64,000 nucleotides of DNA from sequence record PZ445554.1; one strand, 5' to 3'. Below are positions 52,453-60,829 of this stretch, in pieces. Position 1 is the stretch's first letter. Each line of letters opens with the position of its first letter. Both the position numbers and the translations under genes were made by a program. The DNA is from a phage. Under the pieces are notes generated by a model. The model ran no database searches, had not been told where the DNA came from, and was given only the letters and a program-made list of their open reading frames with translations.

Positions 52453-52794
52453 TCAATCACAAGATGTAGATGAACAACTAGAATCACAAGAACTTCCACA
52501 TGAATCGCCCGTCCATACATGAACAGGAACATTAGTATCATATGAATCAGAACTAGACTGTGTTTTCTGTGTGTTAGATGATGCAGTAGGTGTTGACCAG
52601 CGCCAAGGATTTTTATAATATTCTTGGGCTTCTTCATAAGTCATAGTAACTGCTTCTACTGTTCCATCTCCCATATAAACATATTCAACTACAGTTAAAG
52701 GGAGATAGTCATTTGAAATAGGAACTACACCTTCTCCAGGAGTCGTAGAGAAAAAATCCGTAAAGAAACTTTTAAACCAATTAAAGATAAACAT
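52453..52794 (-). CDS. hypothetical protein, 113 aa, with Cys/Ser-rich C-terminal tail
   Basis: C-terminus [18 protein letters not shown]. Confidence 0.45.
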   Translation of the reverse strand: MFIFNWFKSFFTDFFSTTPGEGVVPISNDYLPLTVVEYVYMGDGTVEAVTMTYEEAQEYYKNPWRWSTPTASSNTQKTQSSSDSYDTNVPVHVWTGDSCGSSCDSSCSSTSCD

Positions 52795-53000
52795 TACAAA
52801 AAGCCTCTTTTGAATTCAACTTGTTTATCGCCATAATCATATCGAATTTCTGCATTAAATTCAACAGAACCATCTGCGTACATCATAAATGAATGAACAA
52901 CAACTTCTGTAGACCATGGTTGCAGTTCATATTTCTTCATTACATGCCGTGAAATGATAATATCTAAATCTTCATTTGGTTTAATCCAACGATTTAACAT
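52794..53000 (-). CDS. hypothetical protein, 68 aa
   Basis: ORF track; early promoter and SD AGAGGAG upstream. Confidence 0.4.
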   Translation of the reverse strand: MLNRWIKPNEDLDIIISRHVMKKYELQPWSTEVVVHSFMMYADGSVEFNAEIRYDYGDKQVEFKRGFL

Positions 53001-53021
53001 AATGCTCTCCTCTATAAGATA

Positions 53022-53056
53022 ATTCTATTATACCATACTCATTTTGGAAAGTAAAC
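53022..53056 (-). promoter_or_regulatory. T4 early-type promoter
   Basis: GTTTAC-spacer-TATGGTATAAT. Confidence 0.5.
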
Positions 53057-53065
53057 CGGTAAAAT

Positions 53066-53090
53066 GAAAAAAGGACTCCCGAAGGAGTCC
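53066..53090 (-). terminator. rho-independent terminator downstream of soc
   Basis: Same hairpin as at 521-538, preceded by an A-run on the plus strand. Confidence 0.6.
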
Positions 53091-53098
53091 TTGAATTA

Positions 53099-53335
53099 TT
53101 AACCACCTATTTCTGTTGGCGTAAACATTGCAGCATTCTTAGTTTTCCAGTCAGCTGCATCAGAAACTACAGTAGAATATGCCGCCTTTTCAGAAGGAAA
53201 GGTCTGATAATGAGAATCTGCAATACGATGCTCGTTAGAATAGATTTCAAACGGAACAGAAACTTCCATACCTTTAACTTCTTTGCCTTCACCCGCTGGA
53301 TGAGTAAAGGTCTTGATGTTAACGAAACCACCCAT
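53099..53335 (-). CDS. soc: small outer capsid protein Soc
   Basis: 78 aa; motifs VNIKTF and YQTFPSEKAAYSTV as recalled for T4 Soc; late promoter TATAAATA upstream, terminator downstream. Confidence 0.8.
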   Translation of the reverse strand: MGGFVNIKTFTHPAGEGKEVKGMEVSVPFEIYSNEHRIADSHYQTFPSEKAAYSTVVSDAADWKTKNAAMFTPTEIGG

Positions 53336-53366
53336 AATAAACTCCTTTATTGTTTAATTACAGGTG

Positions 53367-53374
53367 TATTTATA
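53367..53374 (-). promoter_or_regulatory. late promoter (TATAAATA) for soc
   Basis: Exact TATAAATA 32 nt upstream of the soc ATG. Confidence 0.55.
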
Positions 53375-53548
53375 TCAGTCTTCAATGAAAACTTGTGCCA
53401 GGAATTCGTGTTCATCTTGAATTTGTTTATATAAAGCCATTACAGCATTTATATTAGAGCTATCTACTTTAAGTTGATAAGCATACCACTCGTGTAAATT
53501 AATTAAAGCTTTTTGACGTCTAATAAATTCTTCTTTGGATATTTTCAT
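53369..53548 (-). CDS. small ORF, about 59 aa (absent from track)
   Basis: ATGA overlap with upstream ORF. Confidence 0.25.
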
Positions 53549-53745
53549 TTTGAATGCTCTATAATTAATTTTAAGGCTTTTTCACTGACAAAAATTTCAT
53601 CAGGACCTTCTTCTACAACCCAATCAACCATACGAAGCTGATTAGATAAGAGCTCGTATGTGAGCTCTTTGTCATAATTTTTAAATAGCTGGTCAATACG
53701 TTTCTTGCGGGCTTTCTTAAGCTGGCGTTTATTTAAACGAGCCAT
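53545..53745 (-). CDS. basic hypothetical protein, 66 aa
   Basis: ATG at 53743-53745 overlapping gene 56 stop. Confidence 0.4.
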   Translation of the reverse strand: MARLNKRQLKKARKKRIDQLFKNYDKELTYELLSNQLRMVDWVVEEGPDEIFVSEKALKLIIEHSK

Positions 53746-54263
53746 CAATAACCTCGGTCTTGACGAGCGAAATTTTCAGCATTTTTCAGATAATAAAGTT
53801 TAAAGATTTCTTCAGCTGACATTCCAAGAGCAATGAATTTATTCATGAAAAAGTGAAATTGGTCAATCAGTTCAAATTTAATTTCAAGCTGATCTTCGGG
53901 AGATAAATCTTGAATTTTCTTGGATTGCATTTCAGAATAACGTTTCTTCCAAGGTTTCCATACGGCAGAAGCTTCTTTTTCACCATTACTCATACCACCA
54001 AGAGAAGTATATAGCTCGCGAGTTTCATCTGCGATATAATCGTCTTGGTTTCGCAGCCAAGCAAGAACTTCTCCTGCAGTTTCAAGTGAATCAGGATGAC
54101 GATTTGTTTCTGGTTTATCATTAGCCAAACGAATCTGTAAATGCCGCTGCATATCAAGCATAACCTGCAGTGGGTCAATATTGTGCATAATATTCTCAGC
54201 ATATGCACGAGTTGCTTTATCAACACCTTCGATCAAATGAGCACATTCATTAAAGTGAGCCAT
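53745..54263 (-). CDS. 56: dCTP/dUTP pyrophosphatase gp56 (MazG-like)
   Basis: 172 aa from ATG at 54261-54263 with SD AAGGA; the track's 36-aa N-terminal extension runs through the middle promoter. Confidence 0.7.
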   Translation of the reverse strand: MAHFNECAHLIEGVDKATRAYAENIMHNIDPLQVMLDMQRHLQIRLANDKPETNRHPDSLETAGEVLAWLRNQDDYIADETRELYTSLGGMSNGEKEASAVWKPWKKRYSEMQSKKIQDLSPEDQLEIKFELIDQFHFFMNKFIALGMSAEEIFKLYYLKNAENFARQDRGY

Positions 54264-54295
54264 TATTTTTCCTTTCAATTCATGGATTAATAGAT

Positions 54296-54325
54296 TAATT
54301 ATACAATAAATATATAAAGCAATAA
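54296..54325 (-). promoter_or_regulatory. MotA-dependent middle promoter for gene 56
   Basis: MotA box ATTGCTTTA, 11-bp spacer, TATAAT. Confidence 0.5.
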
Positions 54326-54336
54326 GGAGGATATAT

Positions 54337-54537
54337 ATGGTACAAAAATTAATGGCACTTGTTAATGCCATAAAAGGTAATAAAAAACGTATAGCTTTTA
54401 CTATTTCTGCTATGGTAGGAATTTTACTCTGGAACTTTATTCTATCACCTGTTGCAATTGCACATGGTATTAATATTCCAGTAGTTACTCTTGATACATT
54501 CGTAGATTTAGCATTTGCTTTAGTTGGGTTAATTTAA
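54337..54537 (+). CDS. small hydrophobic ORF, 66 aa, antisense to the 56-61 intergenic region (uncertain)
   Basis: ORF track; apparent SD AAGGAGG is the complement of the gene 56 MotA box, so it may be coincidental. Confidence 0.3.
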   Translation: MVQKLMALVNAIKGNKKRIAFTISAMVGILLWNFILSPVAIAHGINIPVVTLDTFVDLAFALVGLI

Positions 54538-55562
54538 ATCTTGGCATATTTAGATAGCCGCATTTTAGCCATTAACCCCTGGGCAATATTATTTTTCATA
54601 TATTCCATAATTTGTTCAGGGGTTGCACCTTCCTTTCTAATCATATCATTAACATCTTTTGATTTCCAGGGAGATTTATCCCAAAACATAACCCTTTCTC
54701 CTGCATCAACTAATTTAGTCATTCGCTTAATAGTGTCAGGATGACGAGGTTCATTATCTAAAACCCACACGCGTCTATCTTTAAATGGAACAATTTCTAG
54801 GTCTAATTGACCACCCGTAATAGCTATACCATTTTCAATAAAAAGTGAATCTATAGGTCCTTCTAGAACATATACATCACCATCTTTAACTCGTTCGACT
54901 CCATAGATTTTTGTTGCCTCAGGATAAGCTTTGATGGTGATATATTTTTGAGGAGCATCTTTCTTTAATGCACGTCCTTGAAAAGACTCAGCTTTTCCAT
55001 TAGCATTATAAATTGGAATAACAAGACGAGGCTCAGGTATTTCCTTTTTATATGTTCCTGGTGCTATGCTATTAACTAATTTAGGCCATTCAGTTGTAAA
55101 CCAAAGATATTTCCATTTATCCTTTGGAATACAACGAGCTTTTACGTATTTTATAATTGGATGGTCTTCCGCCAGTTTATCTAATCTAACACATGACGGA
55201 AGAGATTTAATTATTTTCTTCTCAGGTTGTTTAGGAAGTTCTTTAGGTTTTTCTACTGGACGACTTTTACCTTTTTCTTTTCTTATTTCAAAGATATACT
55301 CACGATATAAATCAGGTTCAAACTCCTTTAAATATATTCCGATTGGTGCATGATAGTTACAGTTATAACAATGAATATTTCCTTCATTATTATCACCATA
55401 ATACCATCCACGAGCTTTATTCTGGTCGGTTTTTGAATCTCCACAAACAGGGCATCTAAACCGTAATTTAAAAGTTGAACTATTATTTACTTGTGTGAAT
55501 TTAGGTAAATGAGCTAATGCACGGTATGCAAACTCATTATCAATCCAAGGTATTGATGACAT
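54534..55562 (-). CDS. 61: DNA primase gp61
   Basis: 342 aa; N-terminal zinc ribbon CPVCGD...CYNCNYH and TOPRIM motif VYVLEGPIDSLF. Confidence 0.9.
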   Translation of the reverse strand: MSSIPWIDNEFAYRALAHLPKFTQVNNSSTFKLRFRCPVCGDSKTDQNKARGWYYGDNNEGNIHCYNCNYHAPIGIYLKEFEPDLYREYIFEIRKEKGKSRPVEKPKELPKQPEKKIIKSLPSCVRLDKLAEDHPIIKYVKARCIPKDKWKYLWFTTEWPKLVNSIAPGTYKKEIPEPRLVIPIYNANGKAESFQGRALKKDAPQKYITIKAYPEATKIYGVERVKDGDVYVLEGPIDSLFIENGIAITGGQLDLEIVPFKDRRVWVLDNEPRHPDTIKRMTKLVDAGERVMFWDKSPWKSKDVNDMIRKEGATPEQIMEYMKNNIAQGLMAKMRLSKYAKI

Positions 55563-55729
55563 TTTTACTCTTCTTTTTCTTTAGATTCCTCTTTTTTCTT
55601 TTTAGGAATCTGTTCAGGACCTTTATTTACTACAGCGCCTGATGTTGTTCCAGTAGAGATATTTTCAGGACTACCACCTGAATCTCCAGCGACCATATCT
55701 TCTTTGATAAATTCTTTATATGTTTTCAT
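55559..55729 (-). CDS. small lysine/glutamate-rich ORF, about 56 aa (absent from track)
   Basis: Stop abuts gene 61 start. Confidence 0.3.
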
Positions 55730-55730
55730 A

Positions 55731-56087
55731 TTAACCTCTATTCATAAAAGCATTAAAAATTTGGTCATCAATAGATGGTGCAGTAATATTTTCTGCATCA
55801 TTTAGCAAATCATTAATTTCATCAGATAGCATAACACATGTACCTTTATTTCCTGTAATTGTTACTGCGCAATTACGAACGTTTTCTTTATTAAATTTTA
55901 GGTTAATATTTTCGTAATGAAAATCCTTTAGTGCTGAATATATTTTTAAAATAAAATTATCTTTTACTATAATAAACCCAACCTCACTATTAAAACGTGG
56001 TTCATGGAAACTGTAATAAACCTTTTCATCTATAAAATCGTATGAAATTTTTTCCATTTTTAAATATGAAAATTCAGAACTATGCAT
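55731..56087 (-). CDS. hypothetical protein, 118 aa (61.2 position)
   Basis: ORF track; second ORF clockwise of gene 61. Confidence 0.45.
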   Translation of the reverse strand: MHSSEFSYLKMEKISYDFIDEKVYYSFHEPRFNSEVGFIIVKDNFILKIYSALKDFHYENINLKFNKENVRNCAVTITGNKGTCVMLSDEINDLLNDAENITAPSIDDQIFNAFMNRG

Positions 56088-56099
56088 ACTAACCTCTAA

Positions 56100-56393
56100 T
56101 TACTCACCTACCACTTCAGCGATGATATTTTTGTTATTAAAGTTTTTATCGCAATACAGAACATAATTATACTGCATTACACCACCAGACTTAAGCTGTT
56201 TTTGCACTTCAGCTTTCATTTCAGGACGATCGCGCTCAACGATATTCATAATATCTGCTTCAATTTGGGTTTCAACCTCAGTCTGATCCGCAGTCATAGA
56301 CCATTCGCACAAATCTTTATCATAACCTGCCATAGCAGGCTGAGCAGCACAAGAAGCTAAAGCAAAAATTGTGGCAAAGATAAATTTTTTCAT
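56100..56393 (-). CDS. sp: periplasmic superinfection-exclusion protein Spackle (candidate)
   Basis: 97 aa with cleavable signal peptide MKKFIFATIFALASCAAQPAMAG; length and position match T4 Sp. Confidence 0.65.
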   Translation of the reverse strand: MKKFIFATIFALASCAAQPAMAGYDKDLCEWSMTADQTEVETQIEADIMNIVERDRPEMKAEVQKQLKSGGVMQYNYVLYCDKNFNNKNIIAEVVGE

Positions 56394-56417
56394 GATAATC
56401 TCCTCAGTAGTTTATGT

Positions 56418-56451
56418 TTATATAGTATCTCAATTTCCAACAAAAGTAAAC
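56418..56451 (-). promoter_or_regulatory. T4 early-type promoter for sp
   Basis: GTTTAC-17 bp-ATACTATAT. Confidence 0.45.
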
Positions 56452-56453
56452 AG

Positions 56454-56711
56454 CTATTTTAAAACTTTTGCATAATCACATGTTACAAACTGTTTCTCTA
56501 GCTTGACGATTTTACGAAAGTATCTTTTGCATTGGCGAATCTGCCGCTTCGTAGGGCGAACAGCAAACTTAATAAATTCCACTCGACCAAATGGAGGACT
56601 TTCTTCTGCTGGAATATCTAGCACCAATTCCCACGTATCTGCAATAAGTGCTTTGAATTGTGTATTTTTCCTAACGTTATACGGAGTAGGTTTAAATAAA
56701 ACAATATGCAT
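56454..56711 (-). CDS. basic hypothetical protein, about 85 aa
   Basis: ATG at 56709-56711 with SD GAGGA preferred; the longer track form would overlap dmd by 38 nt. Confidence 0.4.
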   Translation of the reverse strand: MHIVLFKPTPYNVRKNTQFKALIADTWELVLDIPAEESPPFGRVEFIKFAVRPTKRQIRQCKRYFRKIVKLEKQFVTCDYAKVLK

Positions 56712-56712
56712 A

Positions 56713-56895
56713 TTATCCTCGGCAATCCACTTCACACACTTTCTTGTCATCAATGAAAGCTTTAACTAATGCTTTATTAACTTCAGCATACTGAGTAGTA
56801 GCCCATTGAACGTCATCTTTCATCATTGTGGTTTCTTTAGTAAACATGCTTTCATTCTTAAACCACCCCATAAAAACTACCTTTACCAATTCCAT
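56713..56895 (-). CDS. dmd: Dmd antitoxin (inhibitor of RnlA/LsoA-type toxins) candidate
   Basis: 60 aa, length and position next to gene 41 match T4 Dmd; SD GAGGAGA. Confidence 0.6.
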   Translation of the reverse strand: MELVKVVFMGWFKNESMFTKETTMMKDDVQWATTQYAEVNKALVKAFIDDKKVCEVDCRG

Positions 56896-56921
56896 AACAA
56901 TCTCCTCATTTAACCAACAAG

Positions 56922-56954
56922 ACTACTATACCATAGTCTTGTCAGCTTGTAAAC
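56922..56954 (-). promoter_or_regulatory. T4 early-type promoter for dmd
   Basis: GTTTAC-17 bp-GTATAGTAG. Confidence 0.45.
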
Positions 56955-58381
56955 TAAAATTTTAATTCATTTGCCAAAGCATCTAACTGAGCTCGAGTCG
57001 ATTCGTTTCTTTGATAGCGATTCTGCTCAGCTTGTATCTGTTGTGAACCTGCTACCTCACTCACTTCAGTTGGAGTAGAATCTTGTTCAATTTCTACCCA
57101 TTTCTGATTTCCTTTTTGAACACCCATCAAAAACTTATTCCATTTATTCTTATCACCATATCGTGATTTGATTTGCTTAATAAGTTGTTGTTCAGCAGCT
57201 GCTAACTCCTCGGTTTCAATGACCGCAAGCATAAAATCAGCTGTTGCTGGAAGACCGGCAGATTCTGCAATATCGCTCATGTTAACATCAGAAGAATCCC
57301 AAGCTTGTTTACCAACCTGTGCTGCAGTCCAAAGAACAGTTTCGGTTTCAACAGCAAGAGCACGTAATTCCTCTGCAATGGCTTTAACAGTTGTGTAACT
57401 ATTTTCTGAGTAAACTCTAATGCGGCAAGATTTACAAATACCCAGATAGTCGACAATAATGATTGTTGGAACAAAATTCTTCTTGAGCTTTAATTCGTTT
57501 AAAAGCGATCGAAATGTATTAGCATCTGCTCCACCAGTAGGATACTGTTTAACTATTAAACGACCGAGAGTAGATTTCTCGCGCCATTTTTCCATTTTTC
57601 CTTTATACTCAGCGTAAGAAATATGCCCATCATCAATATCATCAAGAGAAACATCAAGCATATTAGCATCAATACGCTTAGCACAGACTTCTTCTGCCAT
57701 TTCCATGGAAATGTAAAGAACATTATGTCCGAGCTGCAAATAATCTGCTGCCAATGAACACAATCCTAATGACTTACCAACGTTAACTCCAGCCATTAAA
57801 ACGTTCAGTGTTCCAGTCTCAGCTCCGCCTTTAGTAATTTTGTTTAGAATTCTGAGTTTAAATGGAACCTTACGAGCTTTATTCATATAAGATAGCCAAC
57901 GTGCTTCGTAGTCATCCATCCAATCATGACCAACGTAACTATCAAATGAAATAGATAATGCCTGGCGCATGATGTCAGGAATAGCACCAACATCTGGCAT
58001 TTTCTTATTTCGTTTTTCCGGAGGAAGCTCAGCATTAGTTTGAATTTCGATTATTTTAGACGTAGCATTAAACATCGCCCTTTGCTGAACATATTTTTCT
58101 GTTTCTTTTACTAACCAACTGTGGTCTTCCGGAGAATCAGCCAGTTTTGAAATAAGTGTTTTTACACCAGAATATTCTGTTTCAGTAAATGAACTATTTT
58201 CTAATGCAACATTTAACGCATTAATAGATGGAACGCTATGATACTCATTGACATGAGATTTAATTAATTTGAATGTATTTTTAGCTGGACCACTTTCAAA
58301 ATATTCTGAATCCATATATGGCCAAACTTTTGAAAAATAAGCTTGATCAAATATGAGATGAGAAAGAATAATTTCTACCAC
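56954..58381 (-). CDS. 41: replicative DNA helicase gp41 (DnaB-like)
   Basis: 475 aa; Walker A GVNVGKS; GTG start as in track gives the T4 length. Confidence 0.9.
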   Translation of the reverse strand: MVEIILSHLIFDQAYFSKVWPYMDSEYFESGPAKNTFKLIKSHVNEYHSVPSINALNVALENSSFTETEYSGVKTLISKLADSPEDHSWLVKETEKYVQQRAMFNATSKIIEIQTNAELPPEKRNKKMPDVGAIPDIMRQALSISFDSYVGHDWMDDYEARWLSYMNKARKVPFKLRILNKITKGGAETGTLNVLMAGVNVGKSLGLCSLAADYLQLGHNVLYISMEMAEEVCAKRIDANMLDVSLDDIDDGHISYAEYKGKMEKWREKSTLGRLIVKQYPTGGADANTFRSLLNELKLKKNFVPTIIIVDYLGICKSCRIRVYSENSYTTVKAIAEELRALAVETETVLWTAAQVGKQAWDSSDVNMSDIAESAGLPATADFMLAVIETEELAAAEQQLIKQIKSRYGDKNKWNKFLMGVQKGNQKWVEIEQDSTPTEVSEVAGSQQIQAEQNRYQRNESTRAQLDALANELKF

Positions 58382-58390
58382 ACTTACTCC

Positions 58391-58753
58391 TTAAAAGAAT
58401 TTAAATTTTTTCTTTGACCTTTTATTAAATGCATCTTGTAGTTGCATTGTAATACATTTTTCTACATGAGGAGCTAACTCAGCTTTTCTTTCTTGGTCAA
58501 GAACAGCAAAGTCCATTACAACCTTTCCATCAACCCAATCCAGTTTAGTTACATACACTATATGTGTAGAACCATCTTCTAGTTTAATGACAATCTCCTG
58601 GATAACATTTTCCATAGCGGATTTAATTATCTTAAGAGACTCATTAAAAAGACGTTCTTTTCTTTCTTCTTCCCCCTCCGAAGAGGGGGATTCATCGATA
58701 ATTTCTAGATCTAAATCTAAATCATCTTTATTCATTAAATTCTTCCATATCAC
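58391..58753 (-). CDS. 40: head vertex assembly protein gp40 (candidate)
   Basis: 120 aa with GTG start (or 114 aa from ATG at 58733-58735); position between 41 and uvsX. Confidence 0.45.
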   Translation of the reverse strand: MIWKNLMNKDDLDLDLEIIDESPSSEGEEERKERLFNESLKIIKSAMENVIQEIVIKLEDGSTHIVYVTKLDWVDGKVVMDFAVLDQERKAELAPHVEKCITMQLQDAFNKRSKKKFKFF

Positions 58754-59909
58754 TTAACTGTTCGAGGTCAGTTTCTAAATCAGCAGCTGATTTACTTTTA
58801 CTTTCTGGAGATTTAAATTTTTCAACCTTTGAGTTAATCAATTCATCAACTTCAGCTTCAACAATTTCATTACTATCAATAGCACCTAACTGATAAGCAC
58901 GTTTAATAGCATCTCGGAATGGTTGATGCTTAAATAAAGGACCCCAGAATGTAGTGCAATTGGTATCTTTTGCACGCCAAGATTTTTCTTCGCGAATCAT
59001 CTCGCCGGTTTCTTCATCAAGAAATTCACGAGCATACCAGCCATTTTTAGGTTTTACCACGAATCCTAATTCTAGAGCCATATCTAACAATCCAGAATAA
59101 GGATCGATACCACCGTCAAATTTAACATCAATAAAGAATTTACTTTTTTCTTTAACGGTACGAGATTTTTCTACATTTAGAACAAATTGATACCCCTGAA
59201 GATCGGAACCATCTTTAATCTGGCGCTTACCGATAATGAATACAGTATCAGCCGAATACATTACGCCTGTACCACCTGTCATCACGGTTTTACTAAACAT
59301 TTCAATTGTTTCAATTGTATGGTTAACCGCAACACATGGAATATTTTTAATGCTAAAATAAGGAGTAACAATACGGAATAATGACTTCAGTGATTTAGCA
59401 CGAGTCATATCTGCCACAGATTTTTCATTCAAGGCATCTTCAGTTTCTTTCTTGGAAGCCATATTACCAATTGAGTCGATGAATACAATAACTTTTTCAC
59501 CGCGCTCAATAGCTTCAAGCTGGTTCACCATATCAATTTTCAGCTGTTCAACTGACTGGATTGGCGTATGAATTACTCGTTCCGGGTCAACTCCCATGGA
59601 TCGCAAATAAGCTGGAGTAATACCAAATTCGCTATCATAGAATAGACAAACCGCGTCAGAATATTTGTTCAAATACGCTGCAACCATAGTCAAAGACATA
59701 TTTGATTTAAAGTGTTTAGAAGGACCTGCGAAAATAGTTAAACCAGACTGCATACCGCCATCAATCGCACCAGAAATAGCGATATTAAGCATTGGGATTT
59801 TTGTACGGATTACATCCTTTTCATTAAAGAATTTAGATGTAGTCAGTTCAGCAGTCATTTTAGAAGTGGAAGCTTTAATCAAACGGGATTTTAAATCTGC
59901 AATAGACAT
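58728..59909 (-). CDS. uvsX: RecA-like recombinase UvsX
   Basis: 393 aa; RecA fold, Walker A GPSKHFKS. Confidence 0.9.
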   Translation of the reverse strand: MSIADLKSRLIKASTSKMTAELTTSKFFNEKDVIRTKIPMLNIAISGAIDGGMQSGLTIFAGPSKHFKSNMSLTMVAAYLNKYSDAVCLFYDSEFGITPAYLRSMGVDPERVIHTPIQSVEQLKIDMVNQLEAIERGEKVIVFIDSIGNMASKKETEDALNEKSVADMTRAKSLKSLFRIVTPYFSIKNIPCVAVNHTIETIEMFSKTVMTGGTGVMYSADTVFIIGKRQIKDGSDLQGYQFVLNVEKSRTVKEKSKFFIDVKFDGGIDPYSGLLDMALELGFVVKPKNGWYAREFLDEETGEMIREEKSWRAKDTNCTTFWGPLFKHQPFRDAIKRAYQLGAIDSNEIVEAEVDELINSKVEKFKSPESKSKSAADLETDLEQLSDMEEFNE

Positions 59910-59959
59910 TCATTTTTTCCATAGGCATCATTATATTTTCCTCACTGGTTAAAGATAGA

Positions 59960-59990
59960 GTAATTATAACACAATAAATTTAGGCATTAA
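59960..59990 (-). promoter_or_regulatory. possible middle promoter for uvsX
   Basis: MotA-like box AATGCCTAA, about 12-bp spacer, TATAAT. Confidence 0.3.
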
Positions 59991-60829
59991 TCAACTGCTA
60001 TTGGATGAATAGCATTAAACTTATGAAATGCTTCTGATTTTTCTTTACGCGAAACACACATGCGAAGAACCTTTAGTGGTTCATCTTCTTCACCCAACGA
60101 TTTTCGTTTTTCAATATTAGAAGTTTTCCAACGAGCTTGCTCTGGAAACTCTCTATTGATTTGCTCAAGCGCTCTATTATGTTTAGAATTACTACGAATT
60201 GAACTGCACCCGCCAGGAGCTTGTGCTTTTCCAGATACAACCAGATATTTGAACAAGGCCAAATGCGGATAACCTTGATTAATTAAATTGAGAAATGCAT
60301 ACATATCTTCGCATAAATCAATTTTTCCATACCCAATTTGTTCTGTGGTAAGTTTTCCGAGGTCATACCATGTATTCGTGAATCCGTATGAATTTTCACG
60401 ATAATTACCCCAAGATGAAGTAATTTTAAAAATAGGTAGACGAGCATGGCCATGATAATACCCGCAATCCATGGCATCTTCAACGTATTGAATCAATTCA
60501 TAGAACTGTTCACGAGTCAATTGATTGACTTTATCTGCGCAGCGCCGATCATCTCTCTTTCGCATTGAACTCATACGAATAGTAGTATCATCGTCAATCA
60601 TCCAGATTCGTTGACCTGCATACATATCAGTAATTGCTTTACGAGTTCCAGCAATTCCGTTGACATCATCAGGAATAGTTATAATTTTAGCTCTAGACCC
60701 ATAGGCATCATAATAAGCTTTTTCTTCGTGTTCACGCACTACAATATGCGGTTCATAATCAGTCGGAAACATATCAAGGGCAGAAACTGCCCCTACACGT
60801 TGATAGCTTGGAATTACGAATTGAATCAT
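59987..60829 (-). CDS. GT-A fold glycosyltransferase at the bgt locus (candidate hmC-DNA beta-glucosyl-alpha-glucosyltransferase)
   Basis: 280 aa from ATG at 60827-60829; N-terminal VIPSYQR and DxD-type motif WMIDDD typical of family-2 glycosyltransferases; adjacent to gene 42. Confidence 0.55.
   Translation of the reverse strand: MIQFVIPSYQRVGAVSALDMFPTDYEPHIVVREHEEKAYYDAYGSRAKIITIPDDVNGIAGTRKAITDMYAGQRIWMIDDDTTIRMSSMRKRDDRRCADKVNQLTREQFYELIQYVEDAMDCGYYHGHARLPIFKITSSWGNYRENSYGFTNTWYDLGKLTTEQIGYGKIDLCEDMYAFLNLINQGYPHLALFKYLVVSGKAQAPGGCSSIRSNSKHNRALEQINREFPEQARWKTSNIEKRKSLGEEDEPLKVLRMCVSRKEKSEAFHKFNAIHPIAVD

Noticed and set aside
54264-54371. 36-aa hydrophobic N-terminal extension of gp56 (track ORF 53745-54371, 208 aa)
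   Set aside because: The extension is the translation of the gene 56 middle promoter; the ATG at 54261-54263 with SD AAGGA gives the expected roughly 171-aa MazG-like protein.
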